Notes under the pieces: model-generated | The model's input: the letters and a program-made list of their open reading frames with translations, nothing else | The model's database searches: none | What the model was told of the DNA's origin: nothing | In this document: piece by piece, positions 1 to 12,476 of the stretch | Layout of the letters: every line of letters starts with the position of its first letter | Numbering within the stretch: position 1 is the first letter of the stretch | From: Chromera velia | Taxonomy: Eukaryota | Direction: 5' to 3' | Assembly: GCA_018398765.1 (NCBI GenBank) | Contig: JAHBMJ010000120.1 | Coordinates: 1-56,693, forward strand | DNA: 56,693 bases | Program-made: the position numbers and the translations under genes

Positions 1-524
1 GGGAAGAAGGAGGCATTTGTTTTTAGAGCCGGGTACGCAACGGGGGGGCTGCTGACAGTGCTGGAGGGGGGGCCGCTCCTGCAGGGCCCGGCGGGAGGAC
101 CAATTTGAAACCAAAGGAGGCGGCCGCAGACGCAAATGCTGAGAAGGCTGGGGGGAAACTTCCCCCTCCTGAGAAAGTCATCACTCCGGGTGAGGAAGGC
201 TACCGACCTCTCTATATTCACCTCCAACACAAGGGGCTTGTTGTCGGCCCTGGCGCGGCACAGAGGGTAGCCGAACTTACCAACTCTGGATGCTTAGCTG
301 CCCAGAAACAGGACGGTTCCAACACCAACAGCAATAGCAAACGTGTGCGCGGTTCTCCGTCTCACCCCGTTGTCATCTCTCCGCAACCGAATAGAAGCCC
401 AGGAGCACCCACTCCTGGAAAGCCGAAAAGCCAGAGAAAAAGCTCTCAGCAGCTCCTACCACCGATCGATTCGATTCACATTGAAGAAAGTGATCATGAA
501 GAAGAGGAAAAGGAAGTGCCATAA
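1..524 (+). CDS. Possible 3' end of an unidentified coding region running in from outside the window
   Basis: The GC-rich open frame (ORF 105..524) ends in an acidic tail and is followed by an abrupt switch to AT-rich DNA. No recognisable domain. Confidence 0.25.
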
Positions 525-1428
525 AGCTGAGTGATTGTCACCTCAATTTTGGTATGTGCTCTAACTTTATCGTATCAACAAAAAGTCATATGCAATTTCA
601 AATCTATCAATTTTACGTTCTTAATCTCTATTAGTACTAGAGTGAGTCTCAGTGACTAGTGTATATACACTGCCACACAGGCATATTTTTTTTATGGAAC
701 TGATAAGATATAATTTTATATATATTTTTTTAAATTTTTGAAACACACATCAGAAATGTTCTGATAACTATTGTCATGAGAAAAATGATCAGAGTGACAG
801 TAAGTCAGTGACTCAGTGAGGAACCCTAAGAGGTTAACCTCAAATCTTACCTCAAATATCACTATTTGAGGTTGAAGCTCAAATCAAATCAAATCAAATC
901 AAATATAATCAAATCAAACATGGTCACTATGTATACTTAATCATCTGAGTCGAAGATTCATATAGAGGCAAACACTAACTAGCACGCAGTTATGGAAGTT
1001 AATAATCGAACAGAAAACGAAGAAACAGCATGTTGCAGGCCTGTATGCGTACACTCCCTGACAAACGTCCTCGATCGCCCTCCTGGAATCCTCGTTTCAG
1101 AAGTCCTGGCATCAATAAACACTTGATAGAATTTCATTGCAATTTCAAGTTTCCATTTTCAACAAGCATTTGGTTAGATGAGGACGTGAATGCACATAGT
1201 CTGACGGTGCGGTACTAGGTGGAAGCAGTGACGCTTCGGGAAGTCTCTCAACGAACACAGAAAGAACCAAAAAGACCAAAAAAGCCTACACACACATTCA
1301 TCCCCATCACCCCTGCATTCATTCAATTGAAAAACGCATCATGTTTCCACAAACGACGAAAGACAGCAAGCACATATGCTCACAGCTGAGCATGACAATT
1401 TGCTTTTATCGACATGCATGCCATTGAC

Positions 1429-1891
1429 TTAAAACAACCCCTTTGCGCCGGCCACAGCCTCAGATGCGACAGCCGAGATCTTGGACTCTGTCGCCTTGGG
1501 GACTCTGTAGTAAGTCCCCCCTGCCACGTCAGCTACTTCCTTTGCGAAGCCTGTGGAGACAAACTGATTCTCCATATCCAGCATCACCAGGTGGAACGTT
1601 GGCAGGGCGCTGCAGGAATTCAGAGGAACGAATGGGAGAACAGAATCAAGACCCCGGGAGAACGCTGAAGTGTAAATCATTTTGTTTGACCTTATCCTGC
1701 CTCCTTTCTTTGCCTCTCTCTTTCTCTTCCGCTCTCTCTTTGCCTCTTGCTGCCTTCGTGAATGTTTGTGCGTGTGTATTTGCGCGCGCGCGCGTGTCTC
1801 TCTATGTTTATGTGTGTTTCCCCTCTCTCTCTTCCCCCCCCCCCCACCCCCCCCTCTCTCTCTCTGTGTGTGTGTGTGTGTGTGTGTGTGC

Positions 1892-1926
<35 letters not shown>

Positions 1927-3011
1927 GCGCGTTTGCATGGGGATACAGGTGTTTGTGTGCCAACTGACCGGAGTGCCTTTGCGGTATCGATGACTTCCTT
2001 CTTCAATTCCTCCTTTGAGGGCCTCTCCTCTGGGCTTTTTGCCTGAGCCCCCCCCCTCTCGAGAGAGTCCGAGATCGGCACGTTCGCACGACCGTCGGAA
2101 ATGCAAACCATCACAACCTGCACATTCTCACAACAGAAGAAACGTGCACTCTACCGTGAACCATTACTTCGAACGCTGCTAGCTTCAGGGAGTAGTACCG
2201 AGCCTCGAGCTGACGAATGGGCTCTCAGCCTGACAAAAGAGACAGCGATGTTGACTAAGAGAGGATCAGCTGACGAAGAAAATAGATAGAAGACCACATG
2301 CCGATGCACCCATGCAACCTCTGACCGTCTACTCCGACTTTCTCATCCCCCCCCCCCTCCTCACCTTGCCAGTGTCCCCCGACTTCTGAGCGGAGAGCCC
2401 TGTCTGCACAGCCACGTTGAGGGCATGTGCGAGAGGGGACCCTCCTCCGCAAGGCATCGTCTCCAGCCGTCTCTTTGCCATGGCAATCGATCGTGTGGGA
2501 GGGAGGAGCACAGTTGCATCCGATCCCTGGAAGGAAATCAGCGCGATCTTGTCTCTGCTCTCATAGGCCTTGGAGAGGAGAGAGATGGCGGCGCCTTTTG
2601 CGGCGTTCATTCTGTTCAGAGCCATCGACCCCGAGGCGTCGACGACAAAAATAATCAGACTGCCCGCTTTGCGTGCCATCCTCTTCACTCTGCAGAGGAG
2701 ACGGGAACAGATGGGCAGGCAGAGGGGAGGAGAGGACAAATGGGACAGAGACAGACTGGGTGGTTGAAAAACGGACATTCGATTTGTTCTTTTCGAAAGG
2801 GGAAGTGGGAAGAGAGAGAAAAAAAAGCAAGCTGCAGTCGTCCAAAACACGCACGGCCAGCATGCAAGAACGATGAGACCTAGCTCGAGAGGGATCAATC
2901 ATCTCGATCTGCTCGGCCAGGATGGAAAACCTGCCGGAAGAGACCTGACACCGCTAAAAACCAGACAGACAGACAGACAGATACACAGACACACACACAC
3001 ACACACACACA

Positions 3012-3052
<41 letters not shown>

Positions 3053-6000
3053 AGAAAGACAGAAAGAAAGAAAGAAAGAAAGAAAAGAAAGAAAGAAAAA
3101 AAGAAAGAAAGAAAAGAAAAGAAAAGAAAAGAAAGGAAAGGAAAAGAAAAGAAAAGAAAAAGAAAGGAAGGAAGGAGGGAAGGAAGGAAGGAAGGAAGGA
3201 AAGGAAGGAAGGAAGGAAGAAAGAAAGAAAAGAAAGAAAAAAAAAAAAGAAAAGAAAGAAAGAAAGAAAGACAAAAGGAGAGAGAGAGGACATCAGCTGA
3301 CCTCACATCACTCTGTTCGATAAAGACCTTTCTCTCCTTTCCGGTTGCCGTCAGTCTTTTTCTCGGATTGTCTGCAAATCTGACTCTTCTACTCCGCTGG
3401 TAGGGTGCAGCTGCTCTCATCGTGGCGTCCACCGACAGTCTCTTGACCTTTCCTTTGGGGAACATCGGCTTGATATACCGCCCTCTGTCCTCGCTGAAGA
3501 TCAGACCACGGCCTCCAGACTTGCCTGAAAGGAAGCAAAACAAAAACACATAAAAAGAAGTGACTGACTGGATCCTTGCAGGTAAGAGACATCCATTCCA
3601 GTCAGTCCCCCCTCCCTCCAGACCTACCCGCTTTCTCTGGGCGCTATCTGAACATACATCAATCAGAGATGCAGTACCGCTGCCTGATTCCCCATAAAAT
3701 GAGAAAGAAGGAAGAGGCACTTTCAGCCAAATGGATGGCGCCTTATGAGTACAGGGTAGAACCCCATGAGCACGAAATAGTCTCCCACTCCACCAGAGTC
3801 AAATCAGATCGCGACCTATCCCCATGCATCGATCTCACCGGACTCCTTCACCCACCTTTCTTCTGTTTGTGTGCGAAGTCGAGAAGTTCATCATCCACAG
3901 GTGTGCCCTCAGCATCGAACATGAACTCTTGGGGGATCTGGGGCTGCTCCTCCTGCTTCTCCTGCTCCTGAACGTTCGAACACTCACTCGCATCAGAGAA
4001 AGAAAGAAGAAAGGAATCAAATCAGGCAGAAGAAGAGAGGGCATACCTCTCTCTTGTTTTTTCTTTCTGTGAGACTGTGACTGTCTGCTTGTCTGTCTGT
4101 CCGTATGACTCGCCCTGAGTGAGACAGAGAGGAAGGAAAGAAAGGACCAAAAGAATTGAAGAAGAAAGCGGAAAAACAGAGGGAAATCTGTGTGCATGCC
4201 CACGTGGAGCAGCGTGCGGCACAACATAAGGAAATCGTTAGAAAAAAAAAGGAGTGACAGAAGCAGGTAATAATTTGAAAAAGAAGGAAACGGAGGGGTG
4301 TCCGTACAGTCAGTCTCACCCAGCAGGCTCCATCCTCTACGCTTCTTCACCCAAAAGAACAACTTCATTCAGACTCCCCACCCACCCACACACACACCTA
4401 TCCTGTGTTTACCCTACCTGATCCTCTTCCTCTTGCTCCTGGTCTTCGTCCTCGTTGTCCTCGTCTGTGTTTTCCTCGTCCCTCTTGGGGGGGGGAGGAG
4501 GGGGAGGAGGTTGCTGCATCTCAGGCTCATCCATCTGGAAGAACGTGCCTCTGCAAGATGTGTGAATGAAGAGGGAAACGGTTGACGCACGAATCAAAAA
4601 TATGTCTGCTCCCAGACGTGCTCTGCTCTCGTCAAGCACGCCAGAATCCCGTCAAAGAAAACGCACACCCACAAACGCACACACAGACAGACGACCCGTC
4701 TGTCAAACAAAGAATACATCTTGCAGAAACATCCACCCACCCTATCCGACAATCACCTGCCGCCCCCCTTTCCCACAGCACGTCCCTTTGATGGAAGCTT
4801 GCATTTCCCCCCCCTCCCCCCCAACCCTAACTAACAACTGAAAGCCACTCGTACCTCCCTACCCTCCCACCTTGGTGCGATGACGAGTTTGACTGCTAGT
4901 TTCAGGTCGTCTGCCTCGACCTGGTCCTTTCCTTCCAAGGCCGCAGATGCCCTCGCGACCTCACACGCAAACAGCTCCGCCCTGTGTCCCTGACATCCCG
5001 CGCGTGCGGCCTCGTTGCAGAGGTACTGCAGCTGGTCGGGCGTGCACGTGATTCTCTTCAGGTACTCCCTCGCAAAGATGATTTGGGTCCTCAAATCGTC
5101 CTCCTCCTCCAGAGCCTCCACCAGCCTCTGCAATCAAGCACGAGAAGAGAAGAGACAGGAGGAGGAAAGGAACAGGAAGAAGGAAGGAAAGGGACAACGT
5201 TACAACAGACGGTTGGGTTCGAAACAACAAGTTTTCTTCCTTTCTTTCTATCGATCGATGAGCTTCCAGAAATTTTCCTTCGAGACCGGACAAACCCACC
5301 ATGCATCACTGTCCTCCCTCACAACCTTCCCTGTCCCCCCCATGCAGCTTCCTTCCTTCCTTCACCTCTTTCTTTGCCCTTCCCTCCCTCTTTGCCCTCT
5401 GACCTCCTCCTTAGGCTTCCTGGATCTGTCCGAGAAGGCCCCGACAGACGTCACTGCCTCCACGCGCTCGTCCAGGGAGAGAGGAGCGGCATCGCAAGAC
5501 AAAGAGACGGCCAGACGGTCAAGCAGATGGTTCCGGAGTTCCCCCTCCTCAGGGTTGAACGTTGCAATGATCAGGGGCTTGCAGGGATAACGAACGGAGA
5601 GACCATCACGCTCCACCACCACCTCTCTGAAAAGAAGAAAGGAGACAGTATGCATTCAAGAGAAGGGAACAGAAAGGATCCGATGACAAGCAGGATGATT
5701 CGGACACAAAAAAGAAATCGGCATGGATACCAAGAACGGCAGGAAGAGGGAAGAAAACGCGATAACTCAGTTGCTCACCGTAAGCCCTTGTCCACGCACT
5801 CAGACAAACAGGTTACACAAGCCATCAATTGTTGCCGAAAAGAGGGGGGGGAGGCACAGTGAGTAAAGACAGGAAGGAGAGAACATACCCACCCGTCCGA
5901 CACCACTGTCAAGAGAATATTGGCAAGTTCGGAATCCAGCAGATTCAGGTCGTCGATGTACAGGATCCCCCTGTGCGCCTTTGCCAACAGCCCAGGCTGG

Positions 6001-6082
6001 AACACGGTCTTGCCCTGCTTGACTGACTCCTCAACGTCCACAGAACCCACCAGACGGTCCTCCATCGCGTTCAGGGGAACCT

Positions 6083-6119
<37 letters not shown>

Positions 6120-8331
6120 ATTGGAGGAGATTTTATGATTCTATGGCACTGGAAACGTCAGGGGGATTCGTTCCATGGATCCACCTTTTGCTGTTGCTTT
6201 TGTGACCTGCCTGAAAAGATTGATCGATTGACTCGGGGAGGGAGAGGAGGTATTGAGAGAGAACATGCGAGAGGGTGATCTTTAAGTGTCACTCCCACAG
6301 CAGATTCCCTTCGTCTGAGGTGGGGGGGGAAACTTCATGCCGGAACACCAAAATATTAATAAGCAAAACTGACAAGAGAAAGACAAACGAGCGCTCCAAG
6401 ATGAATCGCCATTGAATCTGTATAATGATCTCTCAAGCCTGCTGATGATGCTGCGTGACTGACTGCAAAGCTGCATGCATGACTGATTCACTGACCTGAA
6501 CAAAGGGCGCCTGCACAATTTCGGTGGGAAGGTCTTCCAATTGCTTTCCGCTCTCCTTCAACTCGTCTGCCAAAAAGTCATCAATCTCCTCTGCAAACAG
6601 AGAGAGAGAGACAGATAGACAGACAGACAGACAGACGGAATCATTCAATACCTCTTTCCAGTCGTCCAGTGTGCTACCCAAAGCATCAATCACGCTCTTC
6701 ACTCAAGAACGGCATTCCTACAGAAACAAAAACCCGTCTTCCAATGCATAACTTGACACCACGTCCCTCCTCTCTCCACACCGCCCTTGGGAGGGAATCC
6801 GAGGAACAAAACAAACCGGGATACACCAGTTTTGCTGTCTCGATTGGTGTTCGATCCGAAAAAGTGAGAATCCTGTAAAGAGCCAACATGAGAGCATGAT
6901 AGTTGACTCTCCTTCACCCGCACGCCCTCCTATCCCTCCACCCCCCCCCCCNNNNNNNNNNNNNNNNNNNNNNNNNNNNNNNNNNNNNNNNNNNNNNNNN
7001 NNNNNNNNNNNNNNNNNNNNNNNNNNNNNNNNNNNNNNNNNNNNNNNNNNNNNNNNNNNNNNNNNNNNNNNNNNNNNNNNNNNNNNNNNNNNNNNNNNNN
7101 NNNNNNNNNNNNNNNNNNNNNNNNNNNNNNNNNNNNNNNNNNNNNNNNNNNNNNNNNNNNNNNNNNNNNNNNNNNNNNNNNNNNNNNNNNNNNNNNNNNN
7201 NNCCCGACCTGACCCACCAGGTTTTGAGGGGTCAACGTTGTACTGACTCCCCTTCACAATTTCAATCGGGGGCATCAACCTGCAGTGGCAGTCAGTGCGG
7301 GCGATTTGACGGAGTGGGAAGGGAATATGAGGGTGCGCCAGAAACACATCAGACAGCGGTTCTACGAGATGACAAAAAGGGAAGGGTAGATGACGAGTGT
7401 TCGGAAACCCTTCAAGAGCAGACCAGCAGCTGGGAAGAAAGAGAACCAACAGAGACAGGCCAGGAAGACAATCCAATTGCCACTCAGAGTCTTATGACAG
7501 ACCTGTGCAGTGCCCTCGCCATGACAGACTTCCCCGTACCCCTTCTGCCAGAGACAATCACACCCCCCATGTCTCTATTCACAGCCCCCAACAGCAACGC
7601 CAGCTTGATGGGGTCATTGCCCACAATCATAGACAGAGGAAAGTCACTGCAACCAGAGAAGGAAGAAAAAGGGTAAGAGACAGAGAGACCGGACACGGTG
7701 AGAGGAAACGCAGGAACCACAAGAAGGAGATCCACCGTACCCTGGAAAGAAATAGACAGACCCCCGACATACTGACAGAGGTGACACGCGAGCACACAAG
7801 TCAGACTGGCAAGCAAACAAACCAGACACACAGTACGCACACAGCACAGTGAGATGCAAAACGGCAAACACAGAGGGCAAGAAGATTTCAGAGAAAGCGA
7901 AGAGGAACAAGAGGAGAGCGAGGCGCGGAGGGGAGGTGGGATATGGACGGAGCAGTCTGCAAGGGAAAGGAGACGGCGTTCAATTCCCTACCTGCTCTTT
8001 TCTGGTGGTGGTGCTGTCGGGCCTTGCTCCATGGAGTCCAAAGTGTTGTCCACCTCCACAGCTGCCGGGGCTCTGCAGACACAAAACGGTATCAGAGAGG
8101 CGTCAGGAGCACACATCCATATGTGTGCATGACACCGCAGTATATGTGTCGAGACAGATAGAGTTACACTGACGTCTCCACCACAGCAGCCGAGTTCAGG
8201 GCCGTTTTTGCGCTTCTGCTTGCATGCTGGTTCCTCGTCAACCCCCAACCAGCACTTCTGAAACCGTGCACCGTCGTCACTGCGCTGAGGACAGCGACGA
8301 GTGCGACGATGAAGGTGTATGGATTCAACAT
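1429..8331 (-). CDS. chlD: Magnesium chelatase subunit D, nucleus-encoded and plastid-targeted, 14 exons, about 778 aa
   Basis: Manual GT-AG model with all phases consistent (2337 nt): 8331-8168, 8072-7992, 7646-7503, 7279-7218, 6590-6496, 6080-5893, 5626-5404, 5127-4871, 4550-4418, 3967-3856, 3524-3302, 2689-2365, 2117-1969, 1609-1429. AAA+ motifs [58 protein letters not shown] and GHRAE; poly-Pro/acidic linker; vWA domain with [22 protein letters not shown] and ISDGRANV. The N-terminal leader is [28 protein letters not shown]. Confidence 0.96.
2965..3290. repeat. Compound microsatellite (GACA/CA/GA/GAAA/GGAA) in a chlD intron
   Basis: Directly visible simple-repeat tracts; similar GT/CT tracts lie at 1820-1925. 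Confidence 0.9.
6952..7202. other. Assembly gap (N run) inside chlD intron 4
   Basis: Run of N. The flanking exon phases join without needing a hidden exon. Confidence 0.99.
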
Positions 8332-9019
8332 GCTCCGTCTGTCTATCGTGTTTCCTGCAGCCGCTTGCAAGGCATCGTCAGCCACCAGGCAGCCCCACAA
8401 ACTGAAGGAAAGCTCCGGACAAGAACTCACAAAGTCGCAGCGAAAGATATCAGCGCGGTGTGTCTGTGTGGCTAGCTCTAGTCACTCTCAGGAAGCAGGG
8501 AAGGGCGAAGAAGCATCTCAAAGTAATGACCCCGTCTCCTTCAAAGAAGCTTGCAGATCCGTCACGCGACCATGCAAGTCGCATGCAGACAGGCCCCCCA
8601 GATGGCCCCAGCAGACTTTCGATTAAGTGCCCCACGCCTTTTCCGCAAACATCCCGGAAAGTCTGAATTAAGCCGGCCGGCCGGCTTCCGAATAAATTTT
8701 CGCTTTTCGCGCCTCTCGCATGCCCGTCGCATGGATCGTGATCTGGACATGCGTCTCATGCCGTCTCTGTCATGTCCCTGTCTCTTTTTGATCTCTTTTT
8801 CATGCAGTCTGACATCCTCATGGAGTCATCTTCGATCCTGCTCTCTTGCATCTGTGGTACATAGTTACTAGCTGTTCTCGTGATGATCGCATCCCGTCTC
8901 GAGAACCTGTCAGTGTTCACAGTAGTCAATCGAGGGGTTCGTTTCTGTGTTGTGCGCGAGTTTCGCGAAGGGTCATTTTTCCACATTCCTTTTCAGTCGA
9001 TCGGTCACTCAAGTCCCTC

Positions 9020-10219
9020 TGATAAAAGGAGCACCCGAATCTGTTTTGGACGTAATCAATGGCGTCCAGGGTTTTGAGGAATTGTTCCTGGCGCTTGCCA
9101 GTTCCATCAAAAAGAAGAGGACACATCTGACAAAGGAGATTTGCAAGAACCTTAAAAAGGTGGTGGACGATGCTCGCATCTACAGGCATCTCATCCGTTG
9201 TTTCAGACCCGCCGAGTCAGTAAGGCCATGCCCGTGAAGCCCCTCGCAGGCTCTAAGAGGAAGTCCAGCAGAGTCAAAAAGGGGAAGCCCCCAGAAGACA
9301 AAACAAAGGACCTCACCCTCCTCCTCAGAGTGGGGGCAGACGTGCACGGTCTGCATGAGGGGAAGAACGCATTCTGCCGTACAGTGTGTGCCGGCTCAGT
9401 TGAGACGGCAGAGAAGCTGTGGAAGAATGCCAAGGGGGAGGGCCTAGAGAGGAGGAGTACCGAGGAGGGGTGTGAGGGCTCCACAGCCCTGCACTACGCC
9501 TGCTATCATCAGCAGCCGGACATGGTCCGGTTTCTCGTCAAGTATGCGGCAAAGGTGGATGCGAAGGATGAGCAGGGTCGCACACCCCTTTTCCGTGCAG
9601 TGTTCAAAGGGAATAAGGAGATCGCCAGCATTCTCCTTCAGAAGAAGGCCAAACTGAACTCAAAAGATGTGCACGGACAAGCCTTGATGCACGAATGCAC
9701 GAAGCAGCAAGAGGGAACCAGGCAGAGATGACAACCTTTCTGCTTGAGCAAGGTTTCGAAGTTGACGTCAAAGATAAGATTGGCGTGACTCCCCTCTTCC
9801 TCACAGCCTTGGCTGATGAGAACGGAGTTCCCTTTGACAGCGTCGATGCTGCGAAGGTTTTGCTCGACAATGAAGCCGATCCCAATTTCGAGATGGAGGA
9901 GGGGAGAACAGTTGCCATGGCTGCGTGCTTGTACGGGTGTGTGAGAGTACTCAAACTCCTCTCCAGGTACGGTGCAGACCTGCACGCGACCCCAGAGGGT
10001 GGCCACACCCTTCTGCACCACACTGCTTCCTATGTCCCCGAGATGCCTGATTTGAGAACTGTCCCCCCCTCCCATTACCCTCATCAGAAGAAAAAAGAAA
10101 TTGCCGAGTTTCTTGCACGGAAGGGGGTTGACCCCTCTCTGGAAGACGAGAGCGAAGGGACGAAGAGACGGCCCGCCAACTGGCCCGCGGGATGCATGTT
10201 CCAGAGGATTCGCCTCTAA
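9020..10219 (+). pseudogene. Ankyrin-repeat protein pseudogene (two frameshifts)
   Basis: ANK motifs GSTALHYAC, GRTPLFRAV, GVTPLFLTA and GHTLLHHTA are split over ORFs 8947..9237, 9198..9731 and 9695..10219. The second break is an 8-bp duplication ATGCACGA at 9687-9702. Confidence 0.8.
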
Positions 10220-10744
10220 GGCTGTATTTGAAGGGCCTGGAGGGAATCGAGACAGAGAGTTCGGAGGACGAGGAGCACGAGGGCGAGGACGAACAGGGTT
10301 CGGGTGATGTGGAAGAGGGGTAGGTGTGTATGTGAGTGTTTTGAGAAACCGATGCGACCATTCGGGGGGAGCCTCATGATGAAGGATCACCGCTCTTCTG
10401 AACCTTGCAATGTCACTCCAGACCGTCTCTTTCCCTCTGTCTCTGTCTCTCTCTGTCTCTGTCCCCCTCCTTCTCTCGCACTGGCACTGTGAGAATCTGA
10501 ATGTGTGAATTGAATCTGTATGTCAGTCTAGGAATCGAACGAGGCGAGTCGTGCTGGTCATACATCATGAATGTATTGTTAAGGAGGAGTCAACCTGGGG
10601 ACTCAACCTGCAAAGCAAAGAATTCTGTGCTAATTTTTGTATGTAATATATCTGTCATATCTTTTTTTTTCTTCCTCAGAGTCTTCTCATCCAGTCTCAA
10701 TCTTTCTTTCTTTTCTTTCTTTTTCTCAGACTCAGAGTGTGAAA

Positions 10745-11350
10745 CCTGTCTTTCCTGTCACTCCCTCTGTCACTTCACCTCTCTTAGTCAGACAGAACGA
10801 TAAGAAGCAACCCATGAGAAGAGAGAGGGTTTTCCATTCCCCCCTGTGTGTCTCGGGAAGATGAACGTTCTGGGTGACTATGAAAAGTGTGAAAGAAAAG
10901 AGAAGTGAACTTCTTTCTTTTCTGAGTTAGTCTCGACTTCCTTTTCCTTTTTCTTTCTCTGTTTGAAAGTTTCTCCCGCTCCTTCTGTTACTCCCTCTGT
11001 CACTTCACCTCTCTTAGTCAGACAGAACAACATGAAGCAACCCATAAGAAGAGAGAGGGTCTTCCATTCCCCTCCATGCGTCTCGGGAAAAGAATGTTCT
11101 TGGTTATTCAGAAAAGTGTGAGACAGCAGAGAAGTGTGCTTCTTTCTTTTTCTCACTTAGTCTCAATTCCTCCTTCCCTTTTCTTACTCTGTGTGAAGTT
11201 TTTTTTCTTGTCACTCTCTTTGTCACTTCATCTTTCTCAGTCAGACAGAACGGCAAGAAGCAACCCATAAGAAGAGAGAAGGCTTTGCATTTCCCCTTTG
11301 CGCGTCTCGGGAAAAGAAACGTTCTTGGTTACTCTGAAAAGTATGAAGTA
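10745..11350. repeat. Three diverged tandem copies of a ~225-230-bp unit
   Basis: The core CTC(C/T)CT(C/T)TGTCACTTCA...AGTCAGACAGAAC...AAGCAACCCAT...GTCTCGGGAA...GAAAAGT recurs near 10761, 10991 and 11215. Confidence 0.85.
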
Positions 11351-11911
11351 AACTTGTTCTCTCCCTCACTTGGTCTTAATCTCTTCTCTTAATTCTTTTT
11401 CTCCGTTTCCCTCTTAAGCTTCAAGTTGCGTTTCAGAACGAAAAGTCATTTCATTTTTACTACATTTTTAGCATTTTTAGCAGCCTCTTGCCCCTCTGCC
11501 AGATGGCCCCAGATCAAAAGCAGAAAATCATTTAGGTGAAGGAAAAATGATGCCGCGTGTGCTTTTTCTTCAAATGTAAACCGTTTGCGGCACAGGTTAG
11601 ACCTGTGCGGGCCGGGCCGGCTAGGGAGGTCTGATGCGTCTAGGCGCTTTCCTTGGAAGCTGCACATCGGACATTCGGCATTGGGGCGGGAGGCCAATCC
11701 TCCGAACATAAATCCTAATCTTAATCCTAAGCAGATTTCTCTAATATTTTTCTGGATATTTCTACAATATTATCATAATGTTTCAACCATTTTTATAGAA
11801 TTTATATAATATTTCCAACATCATAATATATGATCATATTTCTAAGGGGCCATATAAAAATTCATTTGAGTGTCAGTTGTATGCAAGACCCCCCCCTAGA
11901 CCTCATCGCTT

Positions 11912-12476
11912 CCCTAATGAATTGGGAGTTGAATTGGGCGTCGAATTGGTAGTACTACCAATTTTTTACCGCTAGTAACTCCCAATTTTAAAAAATTGGT
12001 ACCTAGTCTAGTGAAAGAAGTACATGGAGTTTGAAGCTAAAATTTTGTATACGGGCTAGACAGGGGTTCACTAGTCTCTAGCCGTAGTCATTAGACTCTA
12101 ATTCATTACTAGGAACAAATTGTATGAACACTTAGAGTCACCTAGCTAAAAATTGGGAGTTACCAATTTTTTTCTAGGATTTTCTTAAAAATTGGTAGTT
12201 AGTCCTAGAAAAAAATTGGTAACTCCCGATTTTTAGCTAGGTGACTCTAAGTGTTCATAGAATTTGTTTTTAGTAATAAACTAGAGTCTAATGACTGCGG
12301 CTAGAGACTAGTGAGCCCCTGTCTAGCCCGTACACAAAATTTTAGCTTCAAACTCCATGACATTGTACTTCTTTCACTAAACTAGGTACCAATTTTTCAA
12401 AATTGGGAGTCACTGGCGGTAGAAAATTGGTAGTACTACCAATTCGACGCCCAATTCAACTCCTAATTCATTAGGG
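11912..12476. mobile_element. Foldback/MITE-type palindromic DNA element
   Basis: The arms 11912-12179 and 12203-12476 are reverse complements (CCCTAATGAATT...AATTCATTAGGG) around a 23-bp spacer. TT flanks both ends (possible 2-bp TSD). Confidence 0.85.

Noticed and set aside
1429..8331. ChlI, or several separate genes
   Set aside because: The Pro/acidic linker and C-terminal vWA domain define ChlD, and the fragments splice into one phase-consistent ORF.
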